64,000 nt of DNA, from assembly GCA_045546075.1 (NCBI GenBank), contig JAZQCF010000004.1:104661-168660 (forward strand). The letters run 5' to 3'. The notes under the pieces are model-generated. The model was given only the letters and a program-made list of their open reading frames with translations. It was not told where the DNA came from and ran no database searches. Below are positions 20,461 through 30,163 of the stretch, piece by piece. Within the stretch, counting starts at the first letter, position 1; each line of letters opens with the position of its first letter. This DNA is from Candidatus Enterousia sp. (GTDB taxonomy: Bacteria; Pseudomonadota; Alphaproteobacteria; Rs-D84). The position numbers and the translations under genes were made by a program.

Positions 20461-20501
20461 TTTTTGCTCCTATTTATTTTATTGGAACGCGTTCCAATAA
20501 T

Positions 20502-20981
20502 TTATTGATTCTTTTTTCCATACTCTGCCGAAACACGTGCCAGACGCGAACCCGGTTCGACCAAGATACGCGCAATTGTACCACGAATTTCCAACAGTGA
20601 CGGAAGCTTGGATAATTGCACAATGTCGTCCACACCCAAAACATCCGCATCCATTTTACCACCAACGATGGTGAGATTAGGATGTTCTTCGGCGAATTTG
20701 ACCAAAACCTTGGTCACCGCCAATCCATCGGTCGCAACGGCAACCGCGGTTGGGCGTTTCATCAAATCAGACACGGGTGCGAAATCGGTATCTTGCAACG
20801 CCAATTTCATTAAACGGTTTTTGACAACCTTGAAAACCGAAACCAAGGGGCGCAATTCATTACGCAACCCTTCCATTTCTTTTACGGTCAAACCGTGGTT
20901 TTCAACGACAAAAACGCCGTTCGCATCTTTCAAGGACGACTGCAACGCAGAAATCAAGTTTGACTTTTCTTCGCGTTTCAT
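20502..20981 (-). CDS. rplJ: 50S ribosomal protein L10
   Basis: MKREEK start, GLTV, VVKNRL, LSKLPS; between rplA and rplL. Confidence 0.96.
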   Translation of the reverse strand: MKREEKSNLISALQSSLKDANGVFVVENHGLTVKEMEGLRNELRPLVSVFKVVKNRLMKLALQDTDFAPVSDLMKRPTAVAVATDGLAVTKVLVKFAEEHPNLTIVGGKMDADVLGVDDIVQLSKLPSLLEIRGTIARILVEPGSRLARVSAEYGKKNQ

Positions 20982-21039
20982 CTTTTTACCCTTACTTCTT
21001 GGTTTATATGCAAACACATAAACCAACCTTTGTTAAACT

Positions 21040-21142
21040 TTCCATCCGGTTTTGCCCGGGATGGGACCATTTTCCGTCCCAAAGAAATTTTCTTTGTCTA
21101 TGATGGAAATTAAGCGTTGCCGCACCATCAGTCTTGGACAGA
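21040..21142 (-). promoter_or_regulatory. L10 leader (ribosomal protein autoregulatory RNA)
   Basis: Minus strand reads GTCCAAGACTGATGG...TTAA..CCATCATAGAC, the conserved AGAC...TAA...TAGAC pattern upstream of rplJ; boundaries approximate. Confidence 0.75.
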
Positions 21143-21185
21143 AATCTTGTTTGTGGTTTATGACACGTGCCATAAACCACACTTA

Positions 21186-21860
21186 TTATTTTGCATCGAT
21201 ATGCAGGCCCGGACCCTGGGTCGTTGCAACCGCAATACCCAAAATGTATTGGCCTTTGGATGATGCCGGTTTAACCTTTTTCAACTGGTCAACCAATGCG
21301 TTCGCATTTTCGACCAATTTTTCGGTTGAAAACGACATTTTACCAATACCGGCGTGAATTATACCGTTCTTTTCGGCACGATATTCGATTTGACCCGCCT
21401 TGGCGTTTTTCACCGCCGCCGCAACATCGTTTGTAACCGTTCCCAATTTCGGGTTCGGCATCAAACCTTTCGGCCCCAGAACACGTGCAACCTTGGACAT
21501 TTTCGGCATCATATCCGGTGTCGCAATTACACGGTCAAAATCGATTTGGCCGGCGGCAACTTTTTCAATCAAATCTTCACCACCAATAACATCGGCACCT
21601 GCTTTCTTCGCTTCTTCGGCCTTGTCATTTGTAAAGACCGCAACGCGAACCTTTTTGCCCGTACCATTTGGCAAAGACAACATTCCGCGAATATTTTGAT
21701 CGGCCTTGGTCACATCAATAGACAGACGAATTGCGATTTCCAATGTTTCATCGAATTTTTTGGACGCATATGGACGCAACGCTTCGATTGCATCGGCAAA
21801 AGAATATGTTTTTGCGGTATCCAAATCGGCCCATGTTTTTTGTCTTTTTGTAATTTTCAT
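21186..21860 (-). CDS. rplA: 50S ribosomal protein L1
   Basis: KFDET, LPNGTGK, LGPKGLMPNPKLGTV, TTQGPG. Confidence 0.98.
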   Translation of the reverse strand: MKITKRQKTWADLDTAKTYSFADAIEALRPYASKKFDETLEIAIRLSIDVTKADQNIRGMLSLPNGTGKKVRVAVFTNDKAEEAKKAGADVIGGEDLIEKVAAGQIDFDRVIATPDMMPKMSKVARVLGPKGLMPNPKLGTVTNDVAAAVKNAKAGQIEYRAEKNGIIHAGIGKMSFSTEKLVENANALVDQLKKVKPASSKGQYILGIAVATTQGPGLHIDAK

Positions 21861-21863
21861 GGC

Positions 21864-22295
21864 TTATTCCTCCACCTTGACGCCCATTGAACGGCATTGA
21901 CCCGCAACGATATTCATCGCAGATTCAATGGTAGAGCAATTCAAATCCGGCATTTTGTTTTCCGCGATTTCTTTGATTTGTGCCTTGGTAATGGTACCAA
22001 CAAAATCACGACCCGGTTTATGCGAACCAATTTTCAATTTCAACGCCTTTTTGATATAGTAAGAAACCGGCGGCAATTTCATAACGAATTCGAAACTGCG
22101 GTCCGTATAGACGGTGATAATGCACGGAATTGGCATACCCGGTTCTTTGTCAGACGTTTTATCGTTAAACTGTTTGCAGAATTCGGCGATATTAACACCC
22201 GCCGCACCCAACGCCGGCCCAATTGGTGGCGCAGGATTTGCCTGTTTTGCTGGGACGACCAATTTCACAATCCCCTTCAACTCTTTCTTTGCCAT
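21864..22295 (-). CDS. rplK: 50S ribosomal protein L11
   Basis: [24 protein letters not shown]. Confidence 0.98.
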   Translation of the reverse strand: MAKKELKGIVKLVVPAKQANPAPPIGPALGAAGVNIAEFCKQFNDKTSDKEPGMPIPCIITVYTDRSFEFVMKLPPVSYYIKKALKLKIGSHKPGRDFVGTITKAQIKEIAENKMPDLNCSTIESAMNIVAGQCRSMGVKVEE

Positions 22296-22400
22296 TTTTC
22301 ATCCTTTTGTTTTTTTGGATTCGTGGTGCGATGTGGCGCATCTTCCACGGTTTTTGTTTTTTGCGCGCCTTGCACACGCCCGCCGATTTTTATAAACCGG

Positions 22401-22940
22401 TTAAACCCTTTCGACCTGTTCGAAATCCAATGAAACACTGGTTTCGCGGCCAAATACCAAAATCGTAACGGTCATTTTTTGTTTTACATTGTCAACCTCA
22501 GACACAATACCATTAAAGTTGGCAAATGGACCATCGATAACATGAACTTCTTGTCCAACCTCGTAAACCATATCGTCTGGAACGGTGCTGCCCTCTTCTA
22601 CCTGTTTTAACAGGCGACGCGCTTCTTCCTCGCTTACTGCGACGGGTTTTTGGCGCGCACCCAAGAACATTACAACCTGGGGCATCAATTTAACCAAAGA
22701 AAACGTTTCATTATTCATAACCATTTGAACAACGATGTATCCCGGGAAAAATTTCTTTTCGGTTTTAACACGTTTGCCGGCCTTGATTTCCGTAACCTCA
22801 CGCGTGGGGACCAAAATTTCGCCAAAATATGCGTTCAGGCGGCGTTTATCAATCTGTTCGCGCAGATTACGCGCAACCTTGTCTTCGCAACCCGTGTGAA
22901 CATTTACAACAAACCATTGCATTTTATCTTCCATATTCAT
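22401..22940 (-). CDS. nusG: Transcription factor NusG
   Basis: WFVVNV..G.E, FFPGY, KOW motif DGPFANFNG, FGRET. Confidence 0.97.
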   Translation of the reverse strand: MNMEDKMQWFVVNVHTGCEDKVARNLREQIDKRRLNAYFGEILVPTREVTEIKAGKRVKTEKKFFPGYIVVQMVMNNETFSLVKLMPQVVMFLGARQKPVAVSEEEARRLLKQVEEGSTVPDDMVYEVGQEVHVIDGPFANFNGIVSEVDNVKQKMTVTILVFGRETSVSLDFEQVERV

Positions 22941-22958
22941 TCCCTTTGGCAAATATTT

Positions 22959-23138
22959 TTAGAAAATCCACCCAACAAGCGCGTTCAAAATACTGTCCAC
23001 CACAAAGAAGAACAGTGCCGCAAGCCCCGAAAACACCAGAATCATAATGGTTGCGCGTACAACTTCGGCACGGGTTGGCCAAACAATTTTGAACCATTCC
23101 GCACGGACACCACGTATAAAATCCATTATTTTTTTCAT
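22959..23138 (-). CDS. secE: Preprotein translocase SecE (not in ORF track)
   Basis: Manual translation MKKIMDFIRGVRAEWFKIVWPTRAEVVRATIMIL...FFFVVD; between tRNA-Trp and nusG. Confidence 0.93.
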   Translation of the reverse strand: MKKIMDFIRGVRAEWFKIVWPTRAEVVRATIMILVFSGLAALFFFVVDSILNALVGWIF

Positions 23139-23194
23139 TGACGCACCAATTCCCTTTGTTTTTTACATTTGGTATGCCACCGTCCCAAAATTTA

Positions 23195-23268
23195 TGGCAG
23201 GGGCAGAAGGAATCGAACCCTCATCTGCGGTTTTGGAGACCGATGTTCTACCATTGAACCATGCCCCT
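23195..23268 (-). tRNA. tRNA-Trp(CCA)
   Basis: AGGGGCA...CGGTCT CCA AAACCG...GGTTCGATTCC...TGCCCCTGCCA. Confidence 0.96.
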
Positions 23269-23482
23269 GAATCCACGACAAACCCCGCATTTCTGCGCAT
23301 TTGGTTCGAACGCACACCTAATATTCCGGTCAAGATTAGCACACTTTATCGAAAAATCAAGCGCAAACATTATAAATATTTTGTAAATTCAAGGCAAGTG
23401 TTTTTTTAGCGCTCAGTATCATTCGTTGCAGTCCGGTAAATTCCCAAAGACTCTGCAGATTCTTGTTATGTGACCCGGTCAA

Positions 23483-23585
23483 AAAAAACGAACGTGTTTG
23501 TCCAGTACTTTTTTAGAAAAAATTATTCAGTAAAATCAATAACCGTAAAGTCCGCAAAATGGGGGGACAAAAACGTTCGTTTTTT
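23483..23585. repeat. ~21-bp inverted repeat flanking ~60 bp
   Basis: AAAAAACGAACGTGTTTGTCC ... GGACAAAAACGTTCGTTTTTT (1 mismatch). Confidence 0.75.
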
Positions 23586-23611
23586 GTTACCATTATGAAC
23601 ATAAAACAACG

Positions 23612-23707
23612 CCGTCATCCCGTTGTAAAACGGGATCTGGTGGTTCACGACGAGACTGACGAGATCCCGGCTTTCGCCGGGATGACGAGAGAAAGGCGGG
23701 ATGACGG
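23612..23707. repeat. CGTC-type REP palindrome cluster
   Basis: CGTCATCCCG-n-CGGGATC ... GATCCCGG-n-CCGGGATGACG ... CGGGATGACG. Confidence 0.85.
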
Positions 23708-23731
23708 TGAAAAAAAACAAAGAGGGAAAAT

Positions 23732-24616
23732 ATGAGCAAAAAATCATTATTCATTGGTGCGATTGCATCAATTTTGGCATTAAATGCGTACGCAACATCA
23801 TCCACTGTCACATCCAAAGATTATGTCGATGCAAGGGACGCGTTGAAACAGGATTTAATTGATGCGGAAATGATGGGATTGCAATACCCTAAAGGGACAA
23901 TAAGTTTGCCCACGTTGGTCAGCTATGATAACATCGATAATTTAACGGGGACAAAATACGGTATTATGAATGCCAATGGCGGTGAATGGTTGGCCGTAGA
24001 AGAAAATAATGCGCAATCAACGGTGTTACCAACGTTAAATGTTGTTGAATATATGGTAAATGAGCGTCAATGGACAATACCAGCTAGCGGGAAATATTCC
24101 GATGTGGAGGGTAATGTTAATAACATAAATCCAGTTAATGGAGCATCACAACAAAGCAGATGGATTGATGATAGTATCAAGGGTACTGGTCTTGTTACCA
24201 AAACTGACATTGATGGTGTTGTTGGTGAACGTAAGATTTTTGAGACATCGGATGTTTCGGGGTATCACGCACAAAATCTTAGCAACAAAGAAAAAGAACT
24301 ACAGGATATTTCTATCCCGACCGTTGGGGCAATGATGAACGCAATTTCAAATGGTGTTAATGCCGCAACACCGACCGGAAACCCGAACACAATCGCGAAC
24401 TTTGATTCAAATGGTGCGTTGGGTTCAGGCATTGCGACATATACCGGCGCGGCGGCATACAATGCCACAAATGATTCCGCCAAAATCCCCACAATGGCGG
24501 GTGTTACCAATTATGCACAGGCAAAAAAAGTCTGTGTTGGGTGGCCGGATGGAACGACTGTGGCCGATGCAACGCATACCGATGCAAATTGTTGGCTTTG
24601 GAATTTGCCAGATTAA
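23732..24616 (+). CDS. Secreted fibre/adhesin-like protein (294 aa), VTSKxYVD family
   Basis: Signal peptide, VTSKDYVD, IPTVGA/IPTMAG repeats, C-terminal Cys pair; shares these motifs with 47007-47651. Confidence 0.7.
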   Translation: MSKKSLFIGAIASILALNAYATSSTVTSKDYVDARDALKQDLIDAEMMGLQYPKGTISLPTLVSYDNIDNLTGTKYGIMNANGGEWLAVEENNAQSTVLPTLNVVEYMVNERQWTIPASGKYSDVEGNVNNINPVNGASQQSRWIDDSIKGTGLVTKTDIDGVVGERKIFETSDVSGYHAQNLSNKEKELQDISIPTVGAMMNAISNGVNAATPTGNPNTIANFDSNGALGSGIATYTGAAAYNATNDSAKIPTMAGVTNYAQAKKVCVGWPDGTTVADATHTDANCWLWNLPD

Positions 24617-24620
24617 TACA

Positions 24621-24700
24621 GTCGTCATCCCGGCGAATGCCGGGATCTTTTCAGTTTCGCCGTGAATCAAATAGATCCCGTGTCAAGCACGGGATGACGA
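24621..24700. repeat. CGTC-type REP palindrome pair
   Basis: GTCGTCATCCCGGC-gaat-GCCGGGATC ... GATCCCGTG-tcaag-CACGGGATGACGA. Confidence 0.85.
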
Positions 24701-24734
24701 TAAAAAATAATGAAAAAATAACGCAAAAAAACAC

Positions 24735-24764
24735 TTGCATTGGGGGTAAGAATTTTTCTACAAT
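24735..24764 (+). promoter_or_regulatory. Putative sigma70 promoter of virB8-9-10
   Basis: TTGCAT-18 bp-TACAAT upstream of RBS AAGGGAG. Confidence 0.5.
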
Positions 24765-24791
24765 CGTTTTAAGTAAAGGGAGAATTGTGCC

Positions 24792-25454
24792 GTGCAAGAC
24801 CGCATAGAACCGCCGGTTTTATTATCAAGATTATTGGTTTTCGTATTCGCCGGGTGCGTGGTGGTGACATTTGTTATGTTTATGACACTGCAAAAAATGT
24901 TCCCATTAAACCGGCCAGAAGTGTTCTTTATCACATCCCGTCCCCAGGGCGCGTCGGTAATTCAAATTACAGAACTGCCCCCGAATGACGTAAATTTCGA
25001 GGCGTATCGCCAGGCATTCGTTATGGAATATGTACGGGCGCGTAATGAAATTGAACAAAACCTGTCCATTATGCGTCAAAAATGGGGCAACAGTGATGGT
25101 GTCGTTTCTGCATGGTCCACGCCGGGTGTGTACAGCGCGTTTCAAAAAACCGGCCTGTACCAGGCGATTATGGGCGATTACCCGGATTTCCCGTTCAAAT
25201 GTGTGGTGAATTTCCGTGGGCGGCCATTACTGTTAAATCCAAAAGACAACCAATATACGGTAAAATTTGAATACTATTGTTCAGATAATAATGGACAAAC
25301 CGATAAAAAAGATTATACAATCCTGGTTGGGGTTACCGCAATGGACGATACCCAGATTAAATGGACAGAACGTTTGAACAACCCATTGGGAATCAGGGTT
25401 TCACGATATACGGTCGAAGGTGGTGGTGACCCACTGGATACGGTATATAAATAA
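24792..25454 (+). CDS. Type IV secretion VirB8-like protein
   Basis: Single N-terminal TM, YVRAR, and C-terminal NNPLGIRVSRY VirB8 signature. Confidence 0.85.
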   Translation: MQDRIEPPVLLSRLLVFVFAGCVVVTFVMFMTLQKMFPLNRPEVFFITSRPQGASVIQITELPPNDVNFEAYRQAFVMEYVRARNEIEQNLSIMRQKWGNSDGVVSAWSTPGVYSAFQKTGLYQAIMGDYPDFPFKCVVNFRGRPLLLNPKDNQYTVKFEYYCSDNNGQTDKKDYTILVGVTAMDDTQIKWTERLNNPLGIRVSRYTVEGGGDPLDTVYK

Positions 25455-25484
25455 AAATTGGACCTAAGGCAAGGGAAAGGAAAG

Positions 25485-27038
25485 ATGAATTTGATTAAAT
25501 CGTTTGGCGGAAAAATATCTGTGGTCGGCATATTTGCCGCGATTGTCGTATGCAATGCGAATGCCCAAAATTATGGCGTGCAAAGTGCATGGGACAATCC
25601 AAATGCAAATATGACATCGGGCAGTATTAAACCCGGCTATGCCCAGTTGTCTTGGGATGCGGGCACGGTGTTACCAATTAAACTGCGCAACGGGATGGTT
25701 ACGATGGTGAATTTGCCGGTCGGCGAACAAATAGAAGATGCCATCGTCGGTCGTGATGAATTCTTTACCATTAATGCAACCCAGGGCGGACGCACAATGT
25801 ACATCACCCCGGCCCAGGATAATATGGGGTCCGATACGAACCTGATTGTGACGGGAAAATCGGGAAATGTTTATACATTCTATCTGCGCAGCGAACCGGC
25901 AAACGCATCAGAAATCACATATTCCCAGGTTGATATTACACTGGACGGGGGTGCGCGGTTGCCATCAAATATGGCGGTTGCATCCACAACGGGCGGCGGT
26001 TCAATGAATTCTATATTCAACAAAACACCGGCGAAAAGTGGCACTGTTGGTGTTGACGGCGAAAACTATGATTGGATAAAAACAATGAAGATTGACCCGT
26101 CCGAATTTCGATTCGATTTGGATATATTCGTTCCAAACCCGGACGATTACGTGATTGCGCCGGAACGCGTGTGGCGTGACCGCGTGTTCACATACATTGA
26201 TTTCGGGGACAAGGTTATTTCTATGACACAGCGTCCGGTTGTATCATTGTTGGTCGAAGGTGGCGAATCGCCTGTTGGTTTCCGCACCGATGGCGAAGAC
26301 GGTCGTTTACTGATTGTCGAAGCCGTGGGCGATATGGTTCTGCGCAGTGGTCAAAGAATTGTATGTATCAAAAAACGTTCTAAACCATTCCTGATTGCCG
26401 ATACCGCAAGTGTTATGGCCTTGGCCGAAGCGAACGTTGCACAAAGTATGCTGTCGGGGCAATCGTTGAACAATGTCCTGTACACCGCGGACCAGGTTGC
26501 AATTCAAAACGGATACGGTAACTATACAACAACGCCGACATATATAAATAATGTTACACCGGTTCAAAACGGAATTAATGTTACGGTGCCGGCCGCGACA
26601 TCGGGCGCAGTTATGATGAATATGTATGGCACACCAACAACCGGTTCTTCAAACGGTTTAACAATGTTGCCAACCGCACGAAACACCGCGGGGTCTTATT
26701 TGCCCCAGACAAATATACCGCTTATTACCACAAACCAGGGCGGTGTTGCCGTTGAATTGAAATCTGATACCAGTGTCAAGGCATTGGATGATTACTGGGC
26801 AAATTTGATGGCGCGTTTCAGTGGTAATGACGGCCAAGGTTTGCTTACCAAATACAAAGACAGCGTGTTCTATGCGGTTGACGAACAGGGTGTTGGCGAT
26901 TTAGGCGCAACGTCCAAGGCGGCACGCCTGTATCGGTTGCGTATTGGGCCAATGCCGGATATTGATACCGCGCAAAAACTTTGTGACCAATTATTGAAAT
27001 TCAGTGGTGCAAGTTGCCAAGTCGTTAGAATTCAATAA
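25485..27038 (+). CDS. Type IV secretion VirB9/TrbG-like protein with C-terminal SPOR-like domain
   Basis: Signal peptide, TNLIVTG..Y.F.L, P.RVW.D..FTYIDF, LRSGQRIVCI; C-terminal YRLRIGP...A..LC..L......C.V. Confidence 0.85.
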   Translation: MNLIKSFGGKISVVGIFAAIVVCNANAQNYGVQSAWDNPNANMTSGSIKPGYAQLSWDAGTVLPIKLRNGMVTMVNLPVGEQIEDAIVGRDEFFTINATQGGRTMYITPAQDNMGSDTNLIVTGKSGNVYTFYLRSEPANASEITYSQVDITLDGGARLPSNMAVASTTGGGSMNSIFNKTPAKSGTVGVDGENYDWIKTMKIDPSEFRFDLDIFVPNPDDYVIAPERVWRDRVFTYIDFGDKVISMTQRPVVSLLVEGGESPVGFRTDGEDGRLLIVEAVGDMVLRSGQRIVCIKKRSKPFLIADTASVMALAEANVAQSMLSGQSLNNVLYTADQVAIQNGYGNYTTTPTYINNVTPVQNGINVTVPAATSGAVMMNMYGTPTTGSSNGLTMLPTARNTAGSYLPQTNIPLITTNQGGVAVELKSDTSVKALDDYWANLMARFSGNDGQGLLTKYKDSVFYAVDEQGVGDLGATSKAARLYRLRIGPMPDIDTAQKLCDQLLKFSGASCQVVRIQ

Positions 27039-27067
27039 TCACGCAGAAATAAATACGGTGGGTTGTT

Positions 27068-29506
27068 ATGAGTAAAATCGGTGAACAATTTTCAGAATTT
27101 CGCAGAAATACACCAAAATATGTTCAATGGATATTGTTGTTTGCAGCGATTGTTATTGTTGTCGTGTTGTTAATGATGCTGATTGGTGGACACAAGGCGC
27201 AACGTGGGGTTATTGACCCGGGAACTTTGCCACCAACCCCCGAATTAATTATAACACCGGATGCGCCGGTTGATTGGTCCAATACCCAGGTTGGCGAATT
27301 GCGCGAGGCAGAATTCTTTGTTTCCGCCAATACCCGTGTCCAGATTACAAACGTTGTTGTCCGTGTCGATGGTGATACAAATGATGCCGTTGGTATTTCT
27401 GCGACCGAAACGTGCAAAAATGACCAAACCATCATTGAAGAAAATGTCCCGTGCATTATAAACATTAAATACCAACCCGAACATCCAATCAACACAACAA
27501 ATGCAAATGTCGCAATCACATGGACTGCATTTGAAACCGGGGCCGAACTTGATAATCCAAATGCAATAACACTGATTATTGGTGCACGCGAAAAACCGGT
27601 ATCGCGCGCCGATACGCCGGCACCGGCACCCGCACCGGAACCCGAACCAATGCCCGAACCAGAACCCACGTATAACGAATATGATGGCTATGGTGCAAAT
27701 TTTCAAAATGACCTGAATGATATTGCGGCACCAATCAGTTTTAATGATACCAACTATAATACGTCGTTCACCACGCCGGGCAATATGTTTCGCAATAATT
27801 GTTCGGACTTTGCGTTTCCGGCATATAATACCGCGGGGATTCAATCGGGCTGGATTAAACCGATGGGCGGCGCGTATTACTATCACCCGTTTTCCGATAC
27901 AAATTGTGATACCCCCAGTGGTATTTACAATGCCGAAACAGGATACATTATGGATATAAATAATCCAACACGTAAAATTGGTTCTGATTCGGAACACGTG
28001 CGATTTGTTGTAACGGAACGCATACCGCAACTGGGCGGCGGGTCAACGCGTCGCACGGTCATTCGCGCCGAACAAAGAAATGATATGGACGCGTTGGCAA
28101 ACGAATTACTTAACGCATCGGCCCCACGCGCATTGGGTGTTCAATGGCAAGAGACAAAAAAAACTACCGAGTTTAAGGGATACAGCAATGACAAGGGTGT
28201 TGTTGCGACGCGTCCATATGACCGCAGTTTTGTTTTGCGCCAATATAAACCAATTCCTGCGACCATTGTATCAGATGTTCAGGCGGATTCTAAACTGTTG
28301 GAAAGCGGTTTGCCGGTGCGCGCAACGGTTGACCGCAATGTTTATTCCGACAATGGTCGCACGGTTATTATTCCAACCGGAACATTGATGTTGGGATATG
28401 TAACCGGTGATTTACCGGGCCCGTACAAGGCGGTGGGCCGTATGGAAATAAAATGGTACCAATTTATTCGTCCCGATGGCGTAGAATTTAATTTCGGCGA
28501 CACCGACAAACAGCCCTTTGCCGCCGATTCCCAGGGTCGTAAAGGCGTTCCCGGCCACGGCAGTACGGATTACCTGCAACAATTTGTTATGCCAATGCTG
28601 ACCGCGATTGTGCCGGCGGCGGTAAATATGATTGCGCCGATATCCGATGCATTTGTAAATCAAATTGATTTGGATAATAACACCGTTGTACAAAGCGGGA
28701 CGGTTCGTTCGTCCGAATTGGCAAAAAATGAAATTATCACCGCGTGGAATAATGTTGCAACAAAGTTATTGGTGGATTTGATGGATAACACTACGCCGCC
28801 GTTTTCAATCGCCGCCGGCACACGCATTACCGTATTTTCACCGGTTGATTTATTGGTAACCTGTGGCGATCCGGCAACCGATACGCGCAAGTGCGCAATT
28901 CTGCCATACGCCGAAGAAGATGATGCCGGTCGTCCAAAACGCGGAACAAAACTGGCCAAAGGTTATACCGAAGACAACCGAACCCAAGAAGAATTGATTG
29001 GCCAGGTTCGTTCTATGTTGGTCGCAAACGTAAGCGAATTCTGCACACCGGTACGTGATACCAACAATCGTGAAACGGGCGCATATATGGCGGACATTGA
29101 TAAAAAAAGCGATATGGAAAGACGTGGTTATAATTTCAATACGGTTGATTTCTATTGTCGGTCGATGGGAACATATGATGCGATAAATAATGCAAAGCAA
29201 AAGGCGGTATTTGAAAACCAACAACAACAAATGGAAACAAAAACGCCCCAGGGTTCCCAGGCATACAATGAACAGGTTTTGGGTTTGAAATATAATGACG
29301 ACGGTTCAATACAAAATCCGTTCAAGAAAAGTTCTTCGTCTGCGCCTGCCCCGGCACAAAATATTTCGGTTGTAACCTGTGATGGTGGCGCAAATCCGGA
29401 TGCAAATGGATGCTGTCCGGGTGAAACATATACCGATATGGGTGAACAAGGCTTTAATTGCTGTCCGGATGCGGGTGGTGATTGTTTCCCGCCAATCGAG
29501 TTATAA
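27068..29506 (+). CDS. Type IV secretion VirB10/TrbI-like protein, extended (812 aa)
   Basis: N-terminal TM, Pro-rich linker, IPATI...VRATVDRNVY...IIPTGTLM.G, DSQGRKGVPG, PPFSIAAGTRITVF...DL. Confidence 0.88.
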   Translation: MSKIGEQFSEFRRNTPKYVQWILLFAAIVIVVVLLMMLIGGHKAQRGVIDPGTLPPTPELIITPDAPVDWSNTQVGELREAEFFVSANTRVQITNVVVRVDGDTNDAVGISATETCKNDQTIIEENVPCIINIKYQPEHPINTTNANVAITWTAFETGAELDNPNAITLIIGAREKPVSRADTPAPAPAPEPEPMPEPEPTYNEYDGYGANFQNDLNDIAAPISFNDTNYNTSFTTPGNMFRNNCSDFAFPAYNTAGIQSGWIKPMGGAYYYHPFSDTNCDTPSGIYNAETGYIMDINNPTRKIGSDSEHVRFVVTERIPQLGGGSTRRTVIRAEQRNDMDALANELLNASAPRALGVQWQETKKTTEFKGYSNDKGVVATRPYDRSFVLRQYKPIPATIVSDVQADSKLLESGLPVRATVDRNVYSDNGRTVIIPTGTLMLGYVTGDLPGPYKAVGRMEIKWYQFIRPDGVEFNFGDTDKQPFAADSQGRKGVPGHGSTDYLQQFVMPMLTAIVPAAVNMIAPISDAFVNQIDLDNNTVVQSGTVRSSELAKNEIITAWNNVATKLLVDLMDNTTPPFSIAAGTRITVFSPVDLLVTCGDPATDTRKCAILPYAEEDDAGRPKRGTKLAKGYTEDNRTQEELIGQVRSMLVANVSEFCTPVRDTNNRETGAYMADIDKKSDMERRGYNFNTVDFYCRSMGTYDAINNAKQKAVFENQQQQMETKTPQGSQAYNEQVLGLKYNDDGSIQNPFKKSSSSAPAPAQNISVVTCDGGANPDANGCCPGETYTDMGEQGFNCCPDAGGDCFPPIEL

Positions 29507-29526
29507 CAAACGGTTTAATAACATAC

Positions 29527-29555
29527 GGCCGCCATTTTATGGCGGCCTTTTTTTT
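29527..29555 (+). terminator. Intrinsic terminator after virB10
   Basis: GGCCGCCAT-ttt-ATGGCGGCC followed by T8. Confidence 0.85.
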
Positions 29556-29807
29556 ACCAAAAGGATTTAATATGACATAATACAATATTATTTTTATGAC
29601 CCGGAATATTTTTTGGGTGGGGCGCAAATTTGCGCCCCTTTTTATAAAACATCCAATTTATGCGATTCGCACCACATAAGAATAAAATCTTATACGAATC
29701 GTAAATCTGGGTCCGGTTTCAATCATTGGTTGTAATTGTTTTTTTGGTCAATTACATAATTTATAAAAAAGTTTGAGATGTCAAAAATACCTAAGGAGAA
29801 AAAGATT

Positions 29808-30152
29808 ATGACACAAATACAAGCAAACTATACACCCGAAAAATTTCAAAACGCGGAACAAATTTGGTTCTGGTTTTTATATTCTAAATCAATACGAAAC
29901 GATATAGGCCAACACAAAACCCAAACATCTAATCGTCGCGTATGTGAATTGGTTGATGTTGAAACACTGATTACAAAACTTTACCTGGCGGGAAATTTGA
30001 CCGATGCACAATTAGCGGTAATGAAGGAATTCGGTGACCGCCGACGTGCACCGCATCAATATGTATGGCGCGAAAATCACGCCGCCGCGATTTGGAATTC
30101 GGCAATGAAAATACTGGATGCCGCCGCACGCAAAAAAGGTTGGATTGAATAA
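29808..30152 (+). CDS. Hypothetical protein (F..AE..WFW / R.CE..D / W..AM..L motifs)
   Basis: RBS AAGGAG; motif pattern recalls a conserved Rhodospirillales hypothetical family (from memory, unverified). Confidence 0.7.
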   Translation: MTQIQANYTPEKFQNAEQIWFWFLYSKSIRNDIGQHKTQTSNRRVCELVDVETLITKLYLAGNLTDAQLAVMKEFGDRRRAPHQYVWRENHAAAIWNSAMKILDAAARKKGWIE

Positions 30153-30163
30153 AGGGGAACATA

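Noticed and set aside
24792-29506. Conjugative element/ICE
   Set aside because: No relaxase, coupling protein, integrase or att sites nearby; genes are embedded among housekeeping loci
29668-29700. Possible dif/Xer site (ATTCGTATAA arm on the minus strand)
   Set aside because: Spacer between TAA and TTA is 10 bp rather than 6 and the XerD arm is poor; kept only as an operator-like dyad
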